From the NCBI GenBank assembly GCA_963816395.1, contig CAWFKQ010000008.1, forward strand, positions 128,001 to 192,000: DNA of 64,000 nt, read 5' to 3'. This document shows positions 21,208 to 31,593 of this stretch, one piece after another (position 1 is the stretch's first letter; the number at the start of each line of letters is the position of its first letter). The stretch comes from an uncultured delta proteobacterium (GTDB lineage Bacteria; Desulfobacterota; Desulfuromonadia; Desulfuromonadales; JACZKF01). A model generated the notes under the pieces. That model saw only the letters and a list, made by a program, of their open reading frames with translations, made no database searches and was not told the DNA's origin. The translations under genes were made by a program, and so were the position numbers.

Positions 21208-21440
21208 GTGTGAAGGTAGTTTTGCCTGGGGCTTGAGTGCCGGCAAAGGTTTTCTTTTCCTTTTCCTTGTCCTATCCTGCCCTCTCGGTTATCTTAAGCC
21301 AGTCTTTTTTCTCTTAATACCGGAGGTTTCGACAATGGCACCGGGGAGGGTAAGCCCTCAGAAATACTAGCCTCCTCGCGTCGATGCCCGGAGTGTCTGT
21401 CACCGCTTCAATAATAATGATCTGAGAGGGAATTTTACAG

Positions 21441-23363
21441 GTGCAGCTAACCCACATTCTTCAGCAAATATCCCGGATGCGGCTCCTCGATCTGGCGGTT
21501 CATTTCGATCTTAACGGTCTGACGGCGAAGAAAAAGAATGATGTCATCGCCGCTTTGGTTGCCAACCCCGGTGTTGATCCTGATTCGGCTCTTGGCATTT
21601 TGAAGCGCGACGAACTGAAGGCGCTCTGTCGCGCTTTCGATTTGGACGACTCCGGCCGGGAGAAGGAAGCGCTGATTGCCCGGCTCACCGGAAAGGCACC
21701 GGAAATGGCGAAAGAGCCCGAGGCCAGACCGGCCAAGCGGGGGCGGAAAGCCAACGGAAACGGCAACGGCAAAGAGCCGCGGGAGAAGTCGCTGGAGAAC
21801 TGGATCTGGGACGCCGCCTGTTCCATCCGCGGGGCGAAGGACGCGCCGAAGTACAAGGACTACATTCTGCCGCTGATCTTCACCAAGCGCCTCTGCGACG
21901 TCTTCGACGACGAGCTGAACCGCATCGCCGCCGAGGTCGGCTCACGGGCCAAGGCCTTCCAACTGGTCAAGCTCGACTGGCACAAGGTCACGGACAAGAA
22001 GAAGGCCATGGTGCGCTTCTTTCTCCCTTTGCTTCCGGATGATCCCGAGGAGCCGGTGTGGTCGGTCATCCGCAAGCGGACCAAGAACGATCCGGCGCAG
22101 ATCGGCGAGGGGGAGCGCGTCACCAGTCACCTGCGGGCGATCGCCAAGGAGAACCCGCTGCTGCAGGGGATCATCGACCGGGTCGACTTCAACGCCACCA
22201 CCCACGGCCAGCGGGACCTCGACGATGACCGACTCTCGAACCTCATCGAGGCGATCAGCACCAAGCGGCTCGGATTGAAGGACGTGGAACCGGACATCAT
22301 CGGCAAGAGCTACGAGTACCTGATCCGCAAGTTCGCCGAAGGGGGCGGGCAGAGCGCCGGAGAGTTCTACACCCCGCAGGAAGTCGGCATGATCATGGCC
22401 AGGGTCATGGACGCCGAGCCGGGGATGGAGGTCTACGACCCCTGCTGCGGCTCGGGCGGCCTGCTCATCAAGTGCGAGATCGCCATGGAGGAGAAGATGC
22501 GCCTCCGCAGCCGCGACAAGTACGCGCCGCTCAAGCTCTACGGCCAGGAGTACATCGCCGACACCTGGGCCATGGCCAACATGAACATGATCATCCACGA
22601 CATGGAAGGGGAGATCGAGATCGGCGACACCTTCAAGAACCCCAAGTTCCGCAAAGAGCGGGCGGCTGCGCACCTTCGACCGGGTGGTCGCCAATCCCAT
22701 GTGGAACCAGGACTGGTTCACCGAGGCCGACTACGACAGTGACGAGCTCGACCGCTTTCCCCCGGGCGCCGGCTTCCCGGCAAGTCCTCCGCCGACTGGG
22801 GATGGGTGCAGCACATGCACGCCAGCATCAACGCCAACGGCCGGGCCGCCGTCGTCCTCGACACCGGCGCCGCCTCCCGGGGTTCGGGCAACGCCGGCAC
22901 CAACAAGGAGAAGAGCGTCCGGCAGTGGTTCGTCGACCACGACCTGGTCGAGAGCGTCCTCTACCTGCCGGAGAACCTCTTCTACAACACCTCGGCGCCG
23001 GGGATCGTCCTCTTTCTCAACAAGGCCAAGCCGAAGGAGCGGCAGGGGAAGGTTTTCCTGGTCAACGCCAGTAAGGTCTTCGAGAAGGGGGACCCGAAGA
23101 ACTTCATTCCTGACGATGGGATCAGCCGCATTGCCGACACCCTCACCCACTGGAAGGAAGAGGAGAAGTTCAGCCGCATCGTCGAACACGCCGAGCTGAA
23201 GAAGAACGACTACAACATCTCTCCCAGCCGCTACATTCACACGGGCGAGGCCGAGACCTACCGGCCAATTGCCGAGATCGTGGCGGAGTTGGAGGCGATC
23301 GAGGCCGAGGCGAGGGAGACGGATAGGGCGCTGAAGGAGATACTGGCGAAGATCATGGGATAA
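21441..23363 (+). CDS. hsdM: Type I restriction-modification methyltransferase subunit, frameshifts near 22660 and 22775
   Basis: LENWIWDAACSIRG, YEYLIRKFAE...AGEFYTP, YDPCCGSGG, VVANPMWNQ, LPENLFYNT, NDYNISPSRY. Confidence 0.92.
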
Positions 23364-23373
23364 GGGGGGATAC

Positions 23374-24480
23374 ATGGCGAGGGGGAAATTTCCGGTAAAA
23401 CCACCAAGTGAGATTCGTGACGCACTGCGTCCTGAATTCTACGCGTCGATTGTCGATCTCCTGCAAAAAGCCCGGTCTAAAAGCTACCGGGCCGTCAACT
23501 TCATCATGGTCGAGGCCTACTGGAATGTCGGGCGGATGATCGTCGAGGAGGAGCAGCAGGGGAAGGGGCGAGCCGACTATGGCACCTTCATCATCCGTGA
23601 CCTTTCCATGAGGTTGATGGGGGCGTTCGGCAAGGGATTTACGGAAACGAATCTCAAATACTTCAGGCAGTTCTACCTGACCTTTCCTGTATCCTCCGAT
23701 TCCGAGATTCGTCACGCACTGCGTGGCGAATTGACCTGGACGCATTATCGCGCCCTGATGCGGGTCGAGAAACCCGAAGCCCGCGAGTGGTACATGAACG
23801 AGGCCGCCGAGCAGAACTGGAGCACCCGGGCGCTGGATCGGCAGATCAACTCCCTCTACTACGAGCGGATGCTGATGAGCCGGGACAAGGCGCCGGTGAT
23901 CGATGAAATGCGGGAGAAGACCGCGCCCCTCGCGGCCGCTCCCAGGGATTTCATCAAGGACCCTTACGTGCTGGAATTCCTCGGCCTGCGGGACAACCCC
24001 GGCTTCCGCGAGGCGGAGCTGGAGACCGCCATCATCGGCAAGCTGCAGGCGTTCATGCTGGAGCTGGGCAAGGGCTTCGCCTTCGTCGCCCGCCAGCAGC
24101 GGGTCAGCACCGAGACGAAGGACTTCTTCGTCGACCTGGTCTTCTACAACTACATCCTCAAGTGCTTCGTCCTCATCGACCTGAAGTGCGGCGAGCTGAC
24201 CCACCAGGACATCGGGCAGATGGACATGTACGTGCGGCTCTACGAGGACCGGGTGAAGGGGGAGGGGGACAACCCCACCGTCGGCATAATCCTCTGCACG
24301 GAGAAGGACCATACGGTGGTGAAGTACTCGGTGCTCAGCGAAAGCCGGCAGCTCTTTGCGTCGAAGTACCGGCTCTATCTGCCGAGCGAGGAGGAGTTGC
24401 GGGCGGAGGTTGAGCGGGAGCGGGAGATGGTGGTTAGGGAGAGGATGGAGAGGTATGGAGTGAGAGACGAGGCAGTATGA
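23374..24480 (+). CDS. YhcG/DUF1016 PD-(D/E)XK nuclease-domain protein
   Basis: YWNVGRMIVEEEQQG, LTWTHY, IKDPYVLEFL, LELGKGFAFVARQ, DLVFYN..LKCFVLIDLK, DIGQMDMYV. Confidence 0.92.
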   Translation: MARGKFPVKPPSEIRDALRPEFYASIVDLLQKARSKSYRAVNFIMVEAYWNVGRMIVEEEQQGKGRADYGTFIIRDLSMRLMGAFGKGFTETNLKYFRQFYLTFPVSSDSEIRHALRGELTWTHYRALMRVEKPEAREWYMNEAAEQNWSTRALDRQINSLYYERMLMSRDKAPVIDEMREKTAPLAAAPRDFIKDPYVLEFLGLRDNPGFREAELETAIIGKLQAFMLELGKGFAFVARQQRVSTETKDFFVDLVFYNYILKCFVLIDLKCGELTHQDIGQMDMYVRLYEDRVKGEGDNPTVGIILCTEKDHTVVKYSVLSESRQLFASKYRLYLPSEEELRAEVEREREMVVRERMERYGVRDEAV

Positions 24481-24642
24481 GGGCGTTGGTGACGGAAAAC
24501 TCGAGGGATATTCTCTATTGCAGAGTTCGCTGAATTACCAAATGATGGAAAGTATTCCTCTGGGATTGTTCGTAGGAAGAGAGCGATATCGAAATTGAGA
24601 TGCAGCAGTCCGTTGATTAGGTGACGATAACCTGATATCCCA

Positions 24643-25890
24643 ATGACAGAGTGCGGGAAATTGCCAGAGACATTGGCGGACAATTCCCCGGGATTGGTTG
24701 ATCAGGGGCAGATGGCATTTCCGTAAAGGGGTTGCGGAAGGCCGCTGTGCTATCCTCCGAATGAGAACAGGTCGACGAGCTCATCCGTGACGATATGCCT
24801 GTATTATTGGGGATCATACCGATCGTGAGCTGGAGAAGTTCGAGTCAAACGCGGATGATAGACTTTTCAACCGCACAAACAGCTTTATTCTGTGGGGCGG
24901 ACGGCGAGTTTTGAAGCCGAAGGAAGATTTATTATTTGCCTCGTACCTCATCCGGCTCCAGACCGATCCGAAGATTCTTCTATCCTTTGCATTGCTTAGC
25001 CTCAACATAGGAGCCGAAGAGACCGAGCGGCGTCTGAAATCAATCGCCACTTTTCCGTTCTAAAGGAAAGAAAAATTCCTCGCCCTGAGCTTCCGGAACA
25101 ACGTAAGATCGCGCACATCCTTTCGACGGTGCAGCGGGCGATTGAAGAGCAGGAGCGGATTATTCAGACCACCACCGAGCTGAAAAAGGCCCTCATGCAA
25201 AAGCTCTTCACCGAAGGGCTCAGGGGGGAGCCGCAGAAGGAGACGGAGATTGGGTTGGTGCCGGAGAGTTGGGAGGTGGTGCGGCTCGGCGAAGTTGTCG
25301 AGCTAAAAGCCGGTGGGACGCCGAGTCGCACTAATCCTGAATTTTGGGAGGGGGGCACAATTCCTTGGGTTAAAACTGGCGAGGTTGATTATTGCGAGAT
25401 TTTCGAAACCGAGGAGAAGATTACGCCGGCTGGGTTGGCTGGCTCGTCCGCAAGATTTTTCCCTGCTGGTACTTTGCTAATGGCAATGTATGGCCAAGGA
25501 ATCACCCGCGGCAAAGTGGCCATTCTGGGCGTGGAGGCAGCGACTAACCAGGCATGCGTGGCCTTTTTCCCCCAGGATGCCATCCGCACGAAGTTTCTCT
25601 ATTACTTTTTCGAATACCATTACGAACGCATCCGCAATCTTGGACACGGAGCCAACCAGAAGAACCTCAGCGCGGAGATTCTTAAAGGTTGTTTAGTTTC
25701 CTATCCAGAAGAGCATGAGGAGCAGGATGAGATTATTTACAGCCTTGAAGCAGTGCACCGAAAGCTGCTAATTCATCTAAAAAAGCAGGAGATGCATTTT
25801 GACCTCTTCCGTACCCTCCTCCACCAAATGATGACCGCCAGTATCCGGGTCAATGAACTGGGCTTCCCAACCCTGGATGACGTGGCATGA
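24643..25890 (+). pseudogene. hsdS: Type I RM specificity subunit; 3' half intact, 5' target-recognition domain disrupted
   Basis: Intact from about 25080: EQRKIAHILSTVQRAIEEQ...ETEIGLVPESWE...GGTP...TNQA. Remnants upstream: MTECGKLPE, LFNRTNS (24863), FASYLIRL (24935), broken by indels and a stop. Confidence 0.8.
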
Positions 25891-26708
25891 GGCTGACCCG
25901 GCGGCTGCTTGCGGAAAAGCTGGCCTGGATCTCGGCGATTTCCAAGGACAAGGTGCCGCAGGACGAGACTGGGTTGAGAGCTCTATTGAACCGCATGGTT
26001 TGCGATGTGCGCGAGGTCCATGGCCTGTTGACGCAACCGCCGTCGGGCGCGGCCGAGCGGCTGGAAAAGCCGGTGAAAAACCAGGGCGCCGGCGAGCGTC
26101 TGCTGCCGGCGCACGGGGGTTACCGCAAGCTGCGCGGTTTTCAGACGGCGGAAATCGTTTACGATGCCACGGTGATTTTCTGCAACCGGTTCGTCAGCCG
26201 CCGCTCGCGGACCCATGATCAGATGGTGCAGGCGGCGCGTAGCGGACGGCAGAACATCGCCGAAGGGAGCATGGCCTCGGCCACGTCGAAGAAAACCGAG
26301 CTGAAGCTGACGAATGTTGCAAAGGCCAGCCTTGAGGAGCTTCTACTGGACTACGAGGACTTTCTGAGGCAGCAGAACCTGCGGCAATGGCAGAAAAGCG
26401 ATGCCGAGGCGCTGGCTGTCAGAAATCGGTATCGGGCGTTTCCAGAAGAGTGGTTCTCGTCTGACCGGTCGGACAGGTCTGACAAGTCAGACGAGTCGGA
26501 TCTGTCGGACAAGAGACCATTGCTCGACCCTTATGGCATCGCCACGGCATCACCGGAGGTTGCCGCCAATACGATCCTCTGCCTGATCAACCAGGCTTGT
26601 TTTCTGCTGAAGCGGCAGCTTGAGCGCCTGGAACAGAACTTCCTCACCGAGGGCGGTTTCACGGAAAGGCTGTACCGCGCTCGGAAGAAATCGCGCGAGC
26701 AGGCGTAA
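25887..26708 (+). CDS. Four-helix-bundle (23S rRNA IVP/Avd-like) protein with suffix domain
   Basis: HGGYRKL, DQMVQAARSGRQNIAEG, ELKLTNVAKASLEELLLDYEDFLR, EGGFTERLY. Confidence 0.88.
   Translation: MRLTRRLLAEKLAWISAISKDKVPQDETGLRALLNRMVCDVREVHGLLTQPPSGAAERLEKPVKNQGAGERLLPAHGGYRKLRGFQTAEIVYDATVIFCNRFVSRRSRTHDQMVQAARSGRQNIAEGSMASATSKKTELKLTNVAKASLEELLLDYEDFLRQQNLRQWQKSDAEALAVRNRYRAFPEEWFSSDRSDRSDKSDESDLSDKRPLLDPYGIATASPEVAANTILCLINQACFLLKRQLERLEQNFLTEGGFTERLYRARKKSREQA
26460..26513 (+). repeat. Six tandem 9-nt units (TCNGAYNNG) encoding (SDx)6
   Basis: TCTGACCGG TCGGACAGG TCTGACAAG TCAGACGAG TCGGATCTG TCGGACAAG. Confidence 0.85.
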
Positions 26709-26726
26709 TCCCAAGGAGGGTTGCCG

Positions 26727-29652
26727 ATGCCCACACCCGGCGAACACAAAACCGTTCAATCCCGCATCCTGCAAATACGCCCAGGAAATCGGCTGGACCT
26801 TCGTCCCCCGCGACGAAGCCGAGCAGCCGCCGCGGCTTCGACCCGGACGTGCCGCCGAAGGACCGGGCCAAGGGCGCCTCCCTCTTCTTCGACGACCTCC
26901 TCGACGCCAAAATCCGCCAGTTCAACCCCCGCTACACCGACGCCGAAGGCGCCTCCTCGGCAAGTTCCGCCATCTCCACACCGACATCTTCGGCAACCGC
27001 GAATTCGTCGACCACCTGCGCAACCGGGGCAAATACCTCGACCAGGAGGAAAACCGCGAGCGCGACCTGATCCTCATCGACTACGACAACCCCGCCAACA
27101 ACGTCTACGAAGTCACCGAGGAGTTCGCCTGTCACAACGGCCACTACGGCACCCGCGAGGATGTCGTCTTCCTCATCAACGGCATCCCGGTGCTGGTGAT
27201 CGAGTGCAAGAACGCCAGCAAGGACGAGGCGATCGCCCTCGGCGTCGACCAGATCCGCCGCTACCACGAGGAGACGCCGGAGCTGTTCGTGCCGCAGAAG
27301 CTCTTCACCGCCACCGAGGCGATCGGCTTCTCCTACGGCGTGACCTGGAACACGGTGCGGCGCAACATCTTCAACTGGAAGGATGAGGAGATCGGCAACC
27401 TGGAAGCAAGGTCAAGAGCTTCTGCGCCATCCCGCAGGTGCTCGCCTTTCTCAAGGACTTCATCGTCTTCGCCGAGAAGGACGAGGAGCTGCAGAAGTAC
27501 ATCCTGCGCCAGCACCAGACCGGGGCGGTGGAGGCGTGGTCAGCCGCGCGCTCGATCCGAAGCGCGGCGCGGGCTGGTCTGGCACACGCAGGGTAGCGGC
27601 AAGACCTTCACGATGATCAAGGCCGCGGAGATGCTGTTCAAGGCGCCCGCGGGCGGACAAGCCGACGGTGCTGCTGATGATCGACCGCAACGAGCTGGAA
27701 GACCAGATGCTCAGCAACCTGGCGGCGCTGGGGCTGGGCAATCTGGAGCACGCCAACAGCATCGCCCAGCTGAACAAGCTGCTGCGCGACGACTACCGTG
27801 GCATCATCGTCACGATGATCCACAAGTTCCGCGACATGCCGGCGGACCTCAACACCCGCTCGAACATCTACGTGCTGATCGACGAGGCCCACCGCACCAC
27901 CGGCGGCGATCTCGGCAACTTCCTCATGGCCGGGCTGCCGAACGCCAGCTATCATCGGCTTCACCGGCACGCCGGTCGACAAGACCGCCTACGGCAAGGG
28001 GACGTTCAAGACCTTCGGCTGCGAGGACGACAAGGGCTACCTGCACAAATATTCCATCGCCGAGAGCATCGAAGACGGCACCACGCTGCCGCTCTACTAC
28101 AACCTCGCGCCCAACGAGATGCTGGTGCCGCACGAGATCCTCGATAAGGAGTTCCTGTCGCTGGCCGAGACCGAGGGCGTGGCCGACATCGAGGAGCTGA
28201 ACAAGATTCTCGACCGGGCGGTGAACCTGAAGAACTTCCTGAAGGGGGAGAAGCGCATCCGCAAGGTGGCGCAGTACGTCGCCGAGCATTACCGGAAGAA
28301 CGTCGAGCCGCTCGGCTACAAGGCGTTTCTGGTCGGCGTGGACCGGGAGGCCTGCGCCCGCTACAAGGAGGCGCTCGATAAGTATCCTGCCGCCGGAGTA
28401 CTCCGAGGTCGTCTACACCGGCAACAACAACGACTCGGCGCTGCTGAAGGAGTTCCACCTCGACCCGAAGAAGGAGCGGCAGATCCGCAAGAGCTTCACC
28501 AAGCTCGACCAGCATGCCGAAGATCCTCATCGTCACCGAGAAGCTGCTCACCGGCTTCGACGCGCCGGTCCTCTACGCCATGTACCTCGACAAGCCGATG
28601 CGCGACCACACGCTGCTGCAGGCCATCGCCCGGGTGAACCGTCCTTACGAGAACGAGGCGGCGGAGATGGTGAAGCCGCACGGCTTCGTGCTCGACTTCG
28701 TCGGCATCTTCGACAAGCTGGAGAAGGCGCTGGCCTTCGACAGCGACGAGATCAACGCCATCGTCAAGGACCTGAAGCTGCTCAAGGTCCTGTTCAAGAA
28801 CAAGATGGAGGAGAAGGCGCCCGAGTACCTCGGCCTCATCGAGCGGAACTTCAACGACAAGGACGTCGACGCCCTGATCGAGCACTTCCGCGACACGGAG
28901 CGGCGCAAGGAGTTCTTCAAGGAGTACAAGGAGATCGAGATGCTCTACGAGATCATCTCGCCCGACGCCTTCCTGCGCCCGTACCTCGACGACTACACGA
29001 CCCTCTCCGCCATCTACGAGGTGGTGCGCAAGGAGTACGCCCGGCGGGTCTACGTCGACCGCGATTTCCAGCGCAAGACCAACGAACTCGTGCGGGAGAC
29101 CATCGACAGCTACGAGATCACCAGCGTGGACGAGTTCGTCGAGATCAACGCCGAGACGATCGAGCTGATCAAGAAGAAGAAAGGCGGCGACGGCCCCAAG
29201 GTGATCAACCTGGTCAAGAGCATCGCCAAAAAGGCCGAGGAGGAAAGCGGCGATCCCTTCCTGATCGCCATGGCGGAGCGGGCGAAGGCGGTCCAGGAGA
29301 GTTTCGAGAACCGCCAGACCAGCACGGCGGAAGCGTCTGGCTGAATTGCTGAAGGAAGTCGAGACAGAATGAAACACGGAAGAAGGAGCAGGCCGAAAAA
29401 GGCTTCGACGGCCTGACCTACTTCGTCTACCGCACCCTCCTGGACAACAAAGTAGAGAACGCCGAAGAAGTGAGCCGGAAGATCAGGAAGGCCTTTGTCG
29501 AGCACCCGAACTGGAAGAGGAGCGAGAGTGCCCTGCGGGAGCTGCGCCAGAAGGTCACCTTCGCCATCTTCGCCGAAACGGATGACCTCGATCAGGTCAC
29601 CACCCTAGTGGATGAGCTGTTCACCCTGCTGGAAAAAGCCGAACGGATCTGA
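26727..29652 (+). CDS. hsdR: Type I restriction endonuclease subunit R, multiple frameshifts
   Basis: [18 protein letters not shown] (nuclease), WHTQGSGKT (Walker A), [26 protein letters not shown] across successive frames. Confidence 0.92.
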
Positions 29653-29657
29653 TCGAA

Positions 29658-30003
29658 ATGACGGCTGAGCGGAAACAGGCGTTCAAGGCCCGGGTGTACT
29701 ACTGGGCAGACAAGCTGGAGGTGCAAGTCGCCTGGCTCGGGGTGCGTGCGATGCGCAACAAGTGGGCCTCGTGCTCCACCAGCGGTAACCTGAACTTCAA
29801 CGCAGAGCTGCTTGATCTCGACCGGGAGATCTGGGATTACGTCATCGTCCACGAGCTGCTGCATTTCAGCGTGCCCAACCACGGGCGATTGTGGAAGACT
29901 CTTATGACAGTGTATCTGGGGGATTACAAGAGGCTTGAGGAGAGGCTTGAAGGGGCGGCGAGATGCAGCCTCGATGAAACCTTCCCACCCGAAAAGGAGA
30001 TAG
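29658..30003 (+). CDS. M48/YgjP-like metallopeptidase (3' end uncertain)
   Basis: MRNKWASCS, DYVIVHELLHFSVPNHG; typical companion downstream of hsdR. The called ORF runs on over the GFA gene, so the true stop is probably near 29960-30003. Confidence 0.8.
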
Positions 30004-30006
30004 ACC

Positions 30007-30426
30007 ATGCCCGAAAAGCTCACCGGTTCCTGCCAATGTGGCCAGGTCCGCTACCAGGTCGCGGCCGAGAAGCTGGTCGCCGCCAACTGCCACTGCAACA
30101 TCTGCAAGAAGCTCACCGGCAGCGCCTTCTCCAGTATCGTGCTCGTCGACGAGCGCGCGTTCACCCTGCTCGCTGGCGAGGAACTTCTGACCCACTACAC
30201 GGTTTCGGAGAGAGCGAGCAAGCATTTCTGCAGCCGCTGCGGCAGCCCGGTCTTTAACCGCCACACCGGTTTCCCCGGCAAGCGCCTGATCGCCCTCGGC
30301 ACCCTCGACGACCCGGCGGCGGTCACGCCGGGAGTCAACGTCTTCTGCGAGAGCATGCTGGCGTGGACCGCCGCCGTCGGCAGCTTGCCCAGCTTCGACC
30401 GCGAGCCTCCGCGCAGGGAAAAATGA
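30007..30426 (+). CDS. GFA/CENP-V family protein
   Basis: GSCQCGQVRY, CHCNICKK, HFCSRCGSP, LGTLDD. Confidence 0.9.
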   Translation: MPEKLTGSCQCGQVRYQVAAEKLVAANCHCNICKKLTGSAFSSIVLVDERAFTLLAGEELLTHYTVSERASKHFCSRCGSPVFNRHTGFPGKRLIALGTLDDPAAVTPGVNVFCESMLAWTAAVGSLPSFDREPPRREK

Positions 30427-30511
30427 GGGGAGGGGCGCTGAATCAGCGGCGAAGGGTCGACCTCCGGGACGGTTTCACCTCTCTGACTTTATCTCTCTCT
30501 AAGGACACCCG

Positions 30512-31061
30512 ATGGCCCTGACCGCCACCATCTTCAAAGCCAACCTGCAGATTTCCGACATCGATCGCGCAGTATTACGGCGAACACCAGCTGACCCTGG
30601 CGCGCCATCCTTCGGAAACCGACGAGCGGATGATGGTACGGCTGCTCGCCTTTGCCCTGCACGCCGATGAGAACCTGAATTTCACCCGGGGACTGTGCGC
30701 CGACGACGAACCGGATCTCTGGCAGAAGAGTTTACGCGGTGAGATCGAGCTGTGGATCGATGTCGGCCTGCCCGACGAGCGCCGGATACGCAAGGCCTGC
30801 AATCGCGCCGCCCGAGTGTATCTCTACATCTACGGCGGTCGTGCTGCCGAGCTGTGGTGGCAGCGAAACGCCGACAAGCTGCAGCGCTTTGCCAATCTCC
30901 GGGTGGTCGAGCTGCCCGAAGCGCAGAGCAAGGGACTGGCCAGCCTCGTGCAGCGCAGCATGCAGTTGCAGTGCACGGTTCAGGATGGTGAGGTATGGCT
31001 CAATTGCGGCGACCAGACCCTGAGCGTCTCACCTCTGGTCCGGAAACAGGAAAGGTATTGA
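30512..31061 (+). CDS. yaeQ: YaeQ family protein, frameshift near 30570
   Basis: MALTATIFKA from ATG 30512; ARHPSETDERMMVRLLAFAL, DEPDLW, LWIDVGLP. Confidence 0.88.
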
Positions 31062-31104
31062 ACCGCAAGTCGCAAAACAAACTCCAACCGTTGAAAGGCC
31101 AACA

Positions 31105-31530
31105 ATGACCGAATTCGACAACGCGCTGGCGATCTTCCTGCAGGACCGGAACGATCCTGAAAACCAGTCGAAATTTTACAACCTGTTTCTCAACTCCACC
31201 TTTCTCCTGCCGACGGTTGGTGAACAGACCGAAGCCGGGGAGGAGGGCTCCGGGGAGAAGGCGTATGCGGTGCCGCTGGTGGTCGAAGCGGAAGGGGGCG
31301 ATTACCTGATGCTCTTCGCCACCGAGGAGCGGCTGCGCAACTGGGCCAAGGAGGAGGTCAACTTCGTGGAGGTGCCGGGGCATGTACTCGCCGCCACCTC
31401 GACCCCGCAACTGCACTGGGCGCTGAATGTCGGCAGCGAGGAGTCGAAGCTGTTCCAGCCGGAGGAGATCGCCTGGCTCAAGGAAGTGGTCGCGCGCTGC
31501 GATGCGGACGCGGGGGAAGAGGGAGGGTGA
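31105..31530 (+). CDS. SseB-family protein
   Basis: FYNLFLNSTFLLP...LMLFATEERLRNW...WALNVG pattern. Confidence 0.65.
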   Translation: MTEFDNALAIFLQDRNDPENQSKFYNLFLNSTFLLPTVGEQTEAGEEGSGEKAYAVPLVVEAEGGDYLMLFATEERLRNWAKEEVNFVEVPGHVLAATSTPQLHWALNVGSEESKLFQPEEIAWLKEVVARCDADAGEEGG

Positions 31531-31593
31531 GGGGAGCGCCACGGGCGGATGCGAGGATCGGTGCTACACTGGACGATATCGCGAGGAAAATTT

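Noticed and set aside
26460..26513. CRISPR-like array (also checked 37282-37357, 46953-47008, 54562-54624)
   Set aside because: Units are short, degenerate and lack unique spacers; no cas genes.
25887..26708. Possible diversity-generating retroelement (Avd-like four-helix bundle)
   Set aside because: No reverse transcriptase and no template/variable repeat pair with adenine-specific differences seen in the window.
29658..30257. M48 ORF with a long C-terminal tail overlapping the GFA gene
   Set aside because: The tail is an out-of-frame read of GFA, which has its own AAGGAG RBS; more likely a missed stop from an indel.
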